DNA of 49,417 nucleotides, taken from contig JAVCBU010000002.1 in assembly GCA_037917685.1 (NCBI GenBank), positions 1 through 49,417 on the forward strand. Direction: 5' to 3'. The position numbers were made by a program, and so were the translations under genes. Under the pieces are notes generated by a model. The model worked only from the letters and a program-made list of their open reading frames with translations, searched no databases and was not told the DNA's origin. The stretch comes from Thermoproteota archaeon (lineage in GTDB: Archaea > Korarchaeota > Korarchaeia > Korarchaeales > JAOZGB01). Of the stretch, positions 9,784-18,559 are shown one piece after another; position 1 is the first letter of the stretch, and each line of letters starts with the position of its first letter.

Positions 9784-10989
9784 ATGAACTTAAAGGGGGA
9801 AGAATTAGAAAACCTTTTGATCTGTGGATGGTGCGGTCAGTGCATAGTTGACTGTCCAGTCTTCAAAACTTCGGGGAACACGAGGCACCTACCCCTCTTT
9901 AAGAGCCGCCTCTTCAGGAGAGTATACGAGGCTGAACAAGGAATAATATACAAGATAGGTGGTGAGGGAAGCCTCGGCATACTTCAAAACCTATCCGACG
10001 AGGCTAACATGGTATATGAATGCACACTGTGCGGCGCTTGCACTGAGAACTGCAAGTACGACATAAAACCACACACCCTCTGGTATAGGCTTAGAGAATA
10101 CCTGAACAGTAAAGGATACAATCCAGACCCCCTGAAAGCTGTGGAGGAAAACTTTAGACGCTCCGGAAACCCCTACGGATTGTCACCCTCAGCTAGAAAG
10201 TTCTGGCTCAGGAAGGCTTCCAGGAAGTATAGGATACCGGTTGGAAAGGCTAAAACAATATACTTTATAGGCTGTACGACCTCGGCGAAGGCCGTTAACA
10301 GGCCTACAGCTGAGTCGCTCTTCGGCATACTGAACTCCGCAGGGGTTGACTGGGCAATCCTAGGCTTTGAAGAACCGTGCTGTGGCGCCCCGCTAGAAAT
10401 GATAGGGTCCACGGAGATGGCTAGAGAGCAGGCGGAAAAAGTGGTCCAAGCATTGGAGTCTGCAGGCGCCGAAACAGTTATAACCTCCTGCCCAACATGC
10501 TATAGGGAGCTATCGGTTGAGTATGAGAGGACCCTAGGCTACAAACCCAGCTTCAACGTAGTCCCAGCTGTCACGTACATCCTAAAATTGTTGGATGAAG
10601 GTTTAATAAGCCTCGAGCCAGGCCAGCCTGAGAAGATAGCCTATCATGACCCATGTGAGCTTTCAAGGCATACCGACGTAATAGATGAGCCGCGGAAACT
10701 TTTAGAAAGGATGGGCTACCAACTTACAGAACCGGAATACTCGGGTAGGAAAACATTTTGCTGTGGAGGGGGAGGTATGCTTAAAGCTCAAAATAACAGT
10801 TTGAGCATTAAAGTCGCAACCGTAAGGGTGAACCAGCTGTTAAAGAACGGAGTCGTCATAATCTCTACAGCTTGCCCTTCATGCAAAGCCTCCCTAAAGG
10901 AAGCAGAGGCCTCCATTGGTGAAGCAAAAGTCTATGATATCGTCGAGCTCGCTGCAGAAAGAATCATCCGGAAGGGTGAAAAGGCGTGA
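9784..10989 (+). CDS. HdrD/GlpC-like Fe-S oxidoreductase (2x[4Fe-4S] plus two CCG domains)
   Basis: CGWCGQC..CP, CTLCGAC..C, GC...CCG...CPTC and HDPC...CCGGGG...CPSC. Confidence 0.92.
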   Translation: MNLKGEELENLLICGWCGQCIVDCPVFKTSGNTRHLPLFKSRLFRRVYEAEQGIIYKIGGEGSLGILQNLSDEANMVYECTLCGACTENCKYDIKPHTLWYRLREYLNSKGYNPDPLKAVEENFRRSGNPYGLSPSARKFWLRKASRKYRIPVGKAKTIYFIGCTTSAKAVNRPTAESLFGILNSAGVDWAILGFEEPCCGAPLEMIGSTEMAREQAEKVVQALESAGAETVITSCPTCYRELSVEYERTLGYKPSFNVVPAVTYILKLLDEGLISLEPGQPEKIAYHDPCELSRHTDVIDEPRKLLERMGYQLTEPEYSGRKTFCCGGGGMLKAQNNSLSIKVATVRVNQLLKNGVVIISTACPSCKASLKEAEASIGEAKVYDIVELAAERIIRKGEKA

Positions 10990-12116
10990 GCAAACTCCTT
11001 AGAATTGTCAAGGAATGCGATGCAATCTTGTGCATGGAATGCGGCACATGCGTTGGCTCCTGCCCCCTCTCAGAGAAGTCAGCCATGAACTTTAGGAAGA
11101 CAGTTGCAAGAATAGTCCTCGGCCTGGAAAAATCAGTCTCAGGCAGGAGCGAGTTCTGGGACTGCACAACCTGTAGCACGTGCAAGGTTAGATGCCCAAG
11201 AGGCGTGAAAACCGTAGACCTAATCATAGAGTTCAGGAAGAACATGATAGAATATGGAAGAATACCGCCAATGATAAGAGACGCGCTTGAAAACGTCTAT
11301 AAGCATGGAAACCCATGGGGAAGAAGCCGTATGAAAAGAGGGGAATGGGCTGAAGGTCTTCCCGTCAGGAAGGCTGGCGAAGAACCTGTAAGAAACATTC
11401 TCTTCACATGCTGCAGCTCTGCCTATGACAGCAGGGCCCAGGAGTCAACTAGGGCGCTGGCAAAAATACTCACTGATCAACAGATAGAATTTGGAATACT
11501 AGCGGAAAAGGAGACATGCTGTGGAAACGAAGTTTACAACATGGGGGAGGAAGGCCTATTCGAACTACTCATGGAGGAAAACGTGGAGAACCTTAACAAG
11601 TACGCGGGAGAAACGATAATAACAACATCCCCCCACTGCTATAACACATTCAAGAATAGATACCATGGGCTGAAAAAGGATGTGAAACACTACACACAGC
11701 TCCTTACAGAGCTTATCGACCAGGGCAAGATAAGATTCGACAAGAGACTGGAGCTTACAGTAACCTATCACGACCCATGTTACCTGGGAAGGTACAATGG
11801 AATATTGGAAGAACCCCGGAAGATAATAGAAAGCATCCCAGGCGTGAAACTCGTGGAAATGGACAGGAACAAGATGAACAGCCTATGCTGTGAGGGAGGA
11901 GGGGGGAGAATGTGGTATGACGGGCCGCCAGGTCCGAGGACTGCGGAGAGAAGGGTGGCTGAAGCATTAAACACAGGGGCTGAACTGCTCATAACCACAT
12001 GCCCATTCTGCCTGGCAACACTAGAGGACGCTGTGAAAGTGGTAGGAGCCGAGGACAAGCTTAAGGTTACAGACCTAGCCGAACTGCTATGCACCGCCCT
12101 AAACTTATCAATGTAA
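10986..12116 (+). CDS. Second HdrD/GlpC-like Fe-S oxidoreductase
   Basis: CMECGTC..CP, CTTCSTC..CP, CCG...SPHC and YHDPCYLGR...CCEGGGG...CPFC. Confidence 0.92.
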   Translation: MSKLLRIVKECDAILCMECGTCVGSCPLSEKSAMNFRKTVARIVLGLEKSVSGRSEFWDCTTCSTCKVRCPRGVKTVDLIIEFRKNMIEYGRIPPMIRDALENVYKHGNPWGRSRMKRGEWAEGLPVRKAGEEPVRNILFTCCSSAYDSRAQESTRALAKILTDQQIEFGILAEKETCCGNEVYNMGEEGLFELLMEENVENLNKYAGETIITTSPHCYNTFKNRYHGLKKDVKHYTQLLTELIDQGKIRFDKRLELTVTYHDPCYLGRYNGILEEPRKIIESIPGVKLVEMDRNKMNSLCCEGGGGRMWYDGPPGPRTAERRVAEALNTGAELLITTCPFCLATLEDAVKVVGAEDKLKVTDLAELLCTALNLSM

Positions 12117-12922
12117 ATTTTACTACTTTATAGCCCGTGAATCTGAGCCCTCACAACCCACCAACTACTTTATTGTTTACTAACTCGCTCTACCCGTCTA
12201 ACAATAACCTACATTGTGAGCATTGCAGATATAGTTCTCCATCCACATATGTGAAAAGGACATTGAGCAATCTTTGTCGCATATATTCTCTTATCACATG
12301 CACCCTATTAGTCACCACCGTCCCAGCTCTGTTATGGCATTCTCATTTGCAGTTATGTCAAGGCTTATTGGGATGATTATTCTTGGCGTCTCAATCTCAG
12401 GAGAGTCGAGAACCAATTATGGCAGAGCGCGGTGGAGTAGGGGGTGACGCGCGCGAATACTGTAAAGGCGAGTAGGAAGCCTAAGTGGAGCAGCGTTCCC
12501 TGACACTTCGGACGCGGCCTTCTAAGGGTTAAAGACGGGTTTAGGGCTATCACACGTAGATTGTAGGAGGCAAATACTAGTTGCAGATACCTTCAACCAT
12601 TATTGGTTATTCACCGGTTTTACAGGATAAGGGAGTTAAAGACATCTTCCTGATGACCTATCCGTCAGGCTGGCGTGATGCCTTATATAACTATCAGGTT
12701 TAGGCTTCCGCATTCTCCCTTAGTTTCAGTCTCAACTCCTCTAGCTGCTCCAAAGCTTCTGGGGTTAGCATCCCTTACTTCGAGAGAGTCTGTTTCCTCT
12801 GCTGGGTGGATTTGGTGTTGTCAAGTTTGCTGGGAAGGATATTTGAAGAGTAGCTGTTTAAGAGATGGGTAGAAATTGTGGAGGAGGAAAAGGTGGGTGA
12901 CAGAGCAGTTGAGATGGCTATT

Positions 12923-14602
12923 TTACTCTTTCAGTTTACGCCTCAACACCTTCCCTACTATGGTTGTCGGTAGCTCATCCTTGAATTCGACCTGTTTTGG
13001 AATCTTATACTTGGCTAGTTTGCCCTTGCAGTGTTCTATTATCTCTTCTGGTTTAACCTTCCCCTTATACTCGTCTTTTAGGACTACGAAAGCCTTCGGA
13101 ACCTCGCCGTAGTACTCGTCTTTCACACCTACTACTGCCGCCATCTTCACTGCTGGATGGGTGTAGATGACCTCCTCAACCTCTCTAGGCCAGACTTTCA
13201 AGCCTCCAACGTTAATCATGTCCTTCTTCCTGTCAACGATGTGGAAGTAGCCGTCCTCATCCATGTATGCCACGTCGCCCGTGTATAGCCAGCCGTTCCT
13301 GAAGGTTTTAGCCGTCTCCTCTGGCATGTTCCAGTAGCCTTTGCCCACCTGTGGGCCTTTGACGACGAGTTCTCCCGGCTCGCCCGGCTTCATCTCTTTC
13401 TCACCCTTCTCCAGATCCATGATCTTAGCGTCTGTGTCAGGTACTGGTATGCCTATCGAGCCATACCTGACCTTTGATAGGTCGTCCAGCGGGTTCACAT
13501 GAGTCACAGGCGAGGCCTCGCTGAGGCCGTATCCCTCAACAATCATGCCTCCCGTTATTTCTCTCCATCTCTTAGCAACCTCTACAGGTAGGGCCATGGC
13601 CCCGGCAATGCAGGACTTTATACTTTTCATATGCTGCTTGTACTTAGGCATTTCAGGGTGGTTCATCAGGGCTATGTACATTGTTGCCACTGCTGGGAAG
13701 TGAGTGGGCTTATACTTCTTGACGGCTTCGAACACCATTTTAGGATCAAACTTCGGCAGTACTATTACTGTACAGTTTGTGAAGGGTGTCACATTCATGG
13801 TTACGGTCATACCATAGACGTGGAACCATGGGAGAACAGCCAGCGAGACGCTGTCCTCATTTACATAGCCTACTAGCTTTGTCTGTATTGCGTTAACGGC
13901 AAGGTTAAAGTGGGTTAGCATCGCACCCTTTGGAATACCTGTTGTTCCACCTGTGTACATAAGTATGGCTAGGTCCTCCATGGGGTTTATCTCAACTTTC
14001 TTCTCAAGCGGTGGGCCCTTAACCATATCTTTAAACTGTAATGCTTCCCCGGCTGGGATCTTCGGGGGCTTAAACTTAACCAGCCTTGCTATAAATCCGA
14101 GCAGGGTGGGCATGTACTCGGTTAGGTTTGTAACTATGATGTGCTTAACACTCGTGTTATCTTTTATAGCCTTAATCCTACTATACACCATGTCAAGGAC
14201 AACCGCTATCTTTGCGCCGCTATCCTTGAGGACGTGTTCAAGCTCCTTTTCGGTGTAGAGCGGGTTAACAGGGACAACGACACCGCCGACTTTAAGGATG
14301 CCATAGTAGGCTATCATAAACTGTGGGGTATTCGGCAGAACTACTGCTACTCTATCTCCCTTCTCAAGTCCTAGTTTTGACAGGGCACCGGCGAATCTGC
14401 TTGTAAGGTCAACCATCTGCCTGTAGGTTATCTTCCTACCGAAGAAGATTAGCAAAGGCTTGTCAGGCGTCTTTTTCGCTGCTTCCTCCAAAGCCTCGTG
14501 AAGGGTTATGACAGGATACTCCACAGACTTGGGCACGCCCTTAGGCCAAAACTTAAACCAGGGTCTATCTGGCGGGACAGGCTCGCTCTTAAATGTTTTC
14601 AC
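12923..14602 (-). CDS. fadD: Long-chain fatty acid-CoA ligase (AMP-forming)
   Basis: YTGGTTGIPKG, EGYGLSE, GWLYTGD, DRKKDMI and a terminal GKVLRR. Confidence 0.93.
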   Translation of the reverse strand: MKTFKSEPVPPDRPWFKFWPKGVPKSVEYPVITLHEALEEAAKKTPDKPLLIFFGRKITYRQMVDLTSRFAGALSKLGLEKGDRVAVVLPNTPQFMIAYYGILKVGGVVVPVNPLYTEKELEHVLKDSGAKIAVVLDMVYSRIKAIKDNTSVKHIIVTNLTEYMPTLLGFIARLVKFKPPKIPAGEALQFKDMVKGPPLEKKVEINPMEDLAILMYTGGTTGIPKGAMLTHFNLAVNAIQTKLVGYVNEDSVSLAVLPWFHVYGMTVTMNVTPFTNCTVIVLPKFDPKMVFEAVKKYKPTHFPAVATMYIALMNHPEMPKYKQHMKSIKSCIAGAMALPVEVAKRWREITGGMIVEGYGLSEASPVTHVNPLDDLSKVRYGSIGIPVPDTDAKIMDLEKGEKEMKPGEPGELVVKGPQVGKGYWNMPEETAKTFRNGWLYTGDVAYMDEDGYFHIVDRKKDMINVGGLKVWPREVEEVIYTHPAVKMAAVVGVKDEYYGEVPKAFVVLKDEYKGKVKPEEIIEHCKGKLAKYKIPKQVEFKDELPTTIVGKVLRRKLKE

Positions 14603-14632
14603 CTTAATCCCGTCAAGTCCAACCTGGAATGC

Positions 14633-14646
14633 TTTATAAACTTTCC
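14633..14646 (-). promoter_or_regulatory. Archaeal BRE-TATA promoter for the acyl-CoA ligase
   Basis: Minus strand reads GGAAAG-TTTATAAA about 31 bp upstream of the GTG start. Confidence 0.55.
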
Positions 14647-14665
14647 TTATTTGCCGTGTATACTC

Positions 14666-15202
14666 CTAATAATCGATTCCCCTGCGCCTGGCCAGGCCTT
14701 CCCGGTATGGGTGCTTAACCTCACGCATAAATGTGACAAGGTCCGCTGCCTTTATTATCTCAGCTGGGGCGTATCTTCCTGTAAGCACGAGCTCAACGTG
14801 TTTTGGTTTACTCCGTATGAGATCTAGGACTTCATTAACGGATATGAGATTGAAGTCCACTGCGACGTTAACCTCGTCTAGGATAACCACGTCGTATTCC
14901 CCGCTCATAACCACTTGTCTTGCGTGTTCGATTGCCGCCTTGGCAGCATCGATGTCCTCTTTCTTCGGGTTTGATGGATTTACAAGCTCAGGTCTCCCGA
15001 ACTGTACAATCTTGAAGTTTGGCAGGTGCTCTATAGCCCGGTGCTCTCCGTAAGTAACTCCACCCTTCATAAACTGAATCATGTAAACCTTCAGTCCATG
15101 CCCCACGGCTCTAAGCCCCAGGCCTAACGCCGCGGTGGTTTTGCCCTTGCCGTCACCCGTATAGACGTGTACAATCCCCTTTTTAAGCCTAGGCTTCTGC
15201 AT
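14666..15202 (-). CDS. cobO: Cob(I)alamin adenosyltransferase, CobA/CobO/BtuR type
   Basis: VYTGDGKGKTTAA, QFMKG, ILDE, LVLTGR and KHPY...RRGIDY. Confidence 0.95.
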   Translation of the reverse strand: MQKPRLKKGIVHVYTGDGKGKTTAALGLGLRAVGHGLKVYMIQFMKGGVTYGEHRAIEHLPNFKIVQFGRPELVNPSNPKKEDIDAAKAAIEHARQVVMSGEYDVVILDEVNVAVDFNLISVNEVLDLIRSKPKHVELVLTGRYAPAEIIKAADLVTFMREVKHPYREGLARRRGIDY

Positions 15203-15205
15203 GTC

Positions 15206-16219
15206 CTAACCCTTCACCTTATTAAGGAAATCACTTAGGATCATATCAGCAGCGGTGTACGGGTCTATCCTTCTTTCTCCAACCTTTCTAATGAGCTTGT
15301 TAAAACTATCGTCTTTCGTTACTGACTTTAAAATGATCTCTTCTAATCTTCCTCTGAGGGCCTCCAGTACCTCCTGTCTCGCCCATCTCTCGATGTACTC
15401 ATTGAATTTTGTCCGCCTTAGAAATCTACGGTGTTCTTCTATCTTATCTACAAGTTCTTTTACCCCGGTGTTCATGATTGCAGAGGTTTTAACGACGGGA
15501 GGTATCCAGCCAGACATGCCGGAACGAATTGTTGGGGACATGTTGAGCATATCTTCCAGCTGCAAGGCTGTCTCATCAGCGTCCTCACGGTCAGACTTGT
15601 TAACAACAAATATGTCCCCTATCTCTATTATGCCGGCTTTTAACGTTTGAATCTCGTCTCCAAGCCCTGGGCAGAGAACCACGAGGATTGTATGAGCCAC
15701 CCTCATTATGTCAACCTCCGACTGGCCTGCACCAACGGTTTCCACAACCACAACTTCCTTGCCTGAGGCATCTAGGATTTTAACAGCATCCCTTGTCGCC
15801 CTGGAAATGCCGCCGAGGTTTCCCCTGGTAGCCATGCTTCTAATAAAGACCCCTTCGTCGCCGGTTAAATCCTGCATCCTAATTCTGTCACCTAGAAGCG
15901 CCCCACCTGTAAACGGGCTGGAAGGGTCAACAGCCAACACTCCAACCGTTTTCCCCAGTTTTCTCCATTCCTTAACCATTTTATGGACAAGTGTGCTCTT
16001 CCCACTACCCGGGGGGCCTGTTACACCGACAACGTGGGCGTTACCAGTACTGGGATAAATAAGTGAAACTATCCTACGGGCTACCGAAGCATCGTTTTCA
16101 GCCATGCTTATAAGCCTTGCTGTGGCAAACTTGTCCCCCCTTAAGAGTCTTTCAACGAGCTCTTCCAGGTTATACTTCACTTTCATCTTCAGTTCATCTC
16201 TACCGTTTCCTCTTAACAT
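15206..16219 (-). CDS. meaB: Acyl-CoA mutase-associated GTPase chaperone MeaB (start may be near 16186)
   Basis: [37 protein letters not shown] and NKSD. Confidence 0.95.
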   Translation of the reverse strand: MLRGNGRDELKMKVKYNLEELVERLLRGDKFATARLISMAENDASVARRIVSLIYPSTGNAHVVGVTGPPGSGKSTLVHKMVKEWRKLGKTVGVLAVDPSSPFTGGALLGDRIRMQDLTGDEGVFIRSMATRGNLGGISRATRDAVKILDASGKEVVVVETVGAGQSEVDIMRVAHTILVVLCPGLGDEIQTLKAGIIEIGDIFVVNKSDREDADETALQLEDMLNMSPTIRSGMSGWIPPVVKTSAIMNTGVKELVDKIEEHRRFLRRTKFNEYIERWARQEVLEALRGRLEEIILKSVTKDDSFNKLIRKVGERRIDPYTAADMILSDFLNKVKG

Positions 16220-16616
16220 TTCTCCTAATATACTCGATGATGTCCTTCAGCGGGGAGCCGGGGCCGAAGATCTCAGCTATCCCAGCCTTTTTAAGCGCCG
16301 GAATATCTTCAGTTGGGATTATTCCCCCGGCGATCACTAAAACATCATTAATCCCCCTCTCCCTCAGCAGCTCCACGACCCTGGGTAGCAGGGTCATGTG
16401 GGCACCCGACAAGATGCTGAGTCCGATAACATCCACGTCTTCCTGAATCGCTGTCTCCACAATCTGTTCAGGCGTCTGCCTGAGCCCTGTATATATAACC
16501 TCCATGCCTGCATCTCTTAACGCTCTTGCAATGACCTTCGCCCCCCTGTCATGGCCGTTGAGGCCGGGTTTAGCTATCAAAACCTTAATCTTTCTCTCCT
16601 CTCCGCTCATGGCCAT
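16200..16616 (-). CDS. Acyl-CoA mutase small (cobalamin-binding) subunit
   Basis: [12 protein letters not shown] (variant of DxHxxG), [14 protein letters not shown] and FGPG. Confidence 0.95.
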   Translation of the reverse strand: MAMSGEERKIKVLIAKPGLNGHDRGAKVIARALRDAGMEVIYTGLRQTPEQIVETAIQEDVDVIGLSILSGAHMTLLPRVVELLRERGINDVLVIAGGIIPTEDIPALKKAGIAEIFGPGSPLKDIIEYIRRNVKRKR

Positions 16617-16618
16617 CC

Positions 16619-18310
16619 CTAAAATATTATTAGCTCCTGGTATTCTCCATACACCTCCTTTAAAACACCCATTATCTCCCCTATCGTGGCGTAGGCTTTA
16701 ACAGCATTTAACACATACGGCATTATATTCTCATCCCTTTCAGCAGCCTTTCTCAAACTTTCCAGCGTTCGTTTAACCCTGTCGCTGTTCCTCTGCTCTT
16801 TTACCCTTTTTAGACGCTCCAGCTGCACCCTTACAACCTCGGGGTCCACCCTGAGGAGTGGAATCTCAAGCTTCTCGTTTTCGTCTACATACTTGTTTAC
16901 CCCAACTATTACTCTCCTGCCTTCTTCAACCTCTCTTTGGAACCTATAGGAGCTCTCTGCAATCTCCCTCTGCGGGAACCCCCTCTTTACAGCCTCTATC
17001 ATTCCCCCCATACCATCAATCCTGTCAATGTACTTCATGGCTTCCTCCTCCATCCTGTCTGTTAGCCACTCAACGTAGTAGGAGCCGGCAAGCGGGTCGA
17101 CAACGTTGGCGACGCCGCTCTCATAAGCTATTATCTGCTGGGTTCTAAGAGCTATCCTTACAGCTTTCTCCGAGGGTAAAGCCCAAGCCTCATCCATACT
17201 GTTTGTATGCAGAGACTGTGTCCCGCCAAGGACAGCTGCTAAAGCCTGAATTGTAACCCTTATAATATTATTCTCGGGCTGCTGAGCTGTTAGCGCTACA
17301 CCAGAGGTTTGAGTGTGAAATCTAAGCCACATAGATCTCTCCTTTTTGGCCCCGAACCTTTCCTTCATGATCCTGGCCCACATCCGCCTTGCTGCCCTAA
17401 ACTTAGCTATCTCCTCAAAGAAGTCATTGTGGGATGCAAAGAAGAATGATAATCTATGGGCAAACTCGTCTACACCGAGTCCCCTCTTGAGCATGGCCTC
17501 AACATACGCTATTCCATCTGCAATGGTGAACGCCAGCTCCTGAACAGCCGTTGCTCCAGCCTCCCTAATATGATACCCAGATATGCTTATCGGGTTCCAC
17601 TTTGGCATATACTTGACACAGAACTCTATAACGTCTGTTGTAAGCTTGACAGCTGGCTCAGGTGGGAATACATATGACTTCTGCGCTATAAACTCTTTTA
17701 AAGCGTCGTTCTGAACTGTGCCGCCAAGTTTCTCCATGGGAACCCCCTGCTTCTCACCCACCGCGATATACATAGACAGCAGGACCGGGGTCGGAGCGTT
17801 TATCGTCATAGAAGTCGTCACCCTGTCTAGGGGTATGCCGTCAAATATTACCTCCATGTCCGCAAGGGTGTCAACAGCGACGCCACATATGCCAATCTCG
17901 TTGACAGCCATCGGATGGTCTGAGTCAAGCCCTATAATAGTGGGAAAGTCGAATGCGACGCTAAGGCCGGTTTCTCCCTCCTCGAGCAGATACTTAAACC
18001 TCTGGTTCGTCTGCTCAGCAGTACCATAGCCAGCGAACTGCCTCATCGTCCAAATACGGCCACGGTACATCGTTGCATGTATGCCCCTGGTAAACGGATA
18101 CTCGCCTGGAAGCCCTAAATCCTTGAAATAATCCATACGTTCCACGTCCAACGGAGTATATACACGCTTCACAGGTATGCCGGATGACGTTTTGAACTCA
18201 GCCATCCTCTCAGGATGTCTTTCTAAGTCCTTCTTGACACGTTCCTCCTCCCACCTGTTAATCCTATCCTTAAGACTACGGATTAATTCATCTTTAAACA
18301 AGGATATCAC
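16619..18310 (-). CDS. Acyl-CoA mutase large (substrate-binding) subunit, isobutyryl-CoA/2-hydroxyisobutyryl-CoA mutase-like
   Basis: [16 protein letters not shown] (Phe92), [11 protein letters not shown] (Gln210), [11 protein letters not shown] and QSLHTN. Confidence 0.93.
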   Translation of the reverse strand: MISLFKDELIRSLKDRINRWEEERVKKDLERHPERMAEFKTSSGIPVKRVYTPLDVERMDYFKDLGLPGEYPFTRGIHATMYRGRIWTMRQFAGYGTAEQTNQRFKYLLEEGETGLSVAFDFPTIIGLDSDHPMAVNEIGICGVAVDTLADMEVIFDGIPLDRVTTSMTINAPTPVLLSMYIAVGEKQGVPMEKLGGTVQNDALKEFIAQKSYVFPPEPAVKLTTDVIEFCVKYMPKWNPISISGYHIREAGATAVQELAFTIADGIAYVEAMLKRGLGVDEFAHRLSFFFASHNDFFEEIAKFRAARRMWARIMKERFGAKKERSMWLRFHTQTSGVALTAQQPENNIIRVTIQALAAVLGGTQSLHTNSMDEAWALPSEKAVRIALRTQQIIAYESGVANVVDPLAGSYYVEWLTDRMEEEAMKYIDRIDGMGGMIEAVKRGFPQREIAESSYRFQREVEEGRRVIVGVNKYVDENEKLEIPLLRVDPEVVRVQLERLKRVKEQRNSDRVKRTLESLRKAAERDENIMPYVLNAVKAYATIGEIMGVLKEVYGEYQELIIF

Positions 18311-18370
18311 CCGGCAAAACCGCTAAACTCGAACATGGCAAGTATGACATTTAATTACTTAAGGCTATCC

Positions 18371-18384
18371 TTTAATTAATTAAA
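18371..18384. promoter_or_regulatory. Palindromic TTAATTAA-type operator/promoter upstream of the mutase operon
   Basis: TTTAATTAATTAAA is a perfect 14-bp palindrome in the mutase/acylase divergent intergenic region. Confidence 0.5.
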
Positions 18385-18559
18385 TTAAGCCATAGGCAAA
18401 CATGTCAGTGGGGTGGAGTCTATATCCCAGGGCCGGGAATATACGCCGCAATCTAAACATTAAAGATTTTAACGATAAACCATGACATGTCGGATGCTAT
18501 AAAATTTCAACTTTATTAGTAAGAACCGTTCATAGTTCGCAGATGTTTAAGGTGGTTGT

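Noticed and set aside
5046-12116. Hdr genes as evidence of methanogenesis, or QmoAB as evidence of sulfate reduction
   Set aside because: No mcr, mtr, hdrBC, aprAB, sat or qmoC in the window; the context is ETF and beta-oxidation
12421-12520. tRNA-like (GGTGGAGTAG, GTGGAGCAGC) or cobalamin-riboswitch-like (ACTGTAAA) sequence
   Set aside because: No cloverleaf or TTCGA T-loop and no B12 box; it lies downstream of two convergent operons rather than in a leader
12649-12680. CTGATGA as a hammerhead ribozyme core or C/D box
   Set aside because: No stem II followed by GAAA, and no properly placed D box
16619-18310. Annotation as methylmalonyl-CoA mutase
   Set aside because: Specificity residues are Phe/Gln rather than Tyr/Arg, and no epimerase gene is adjacent
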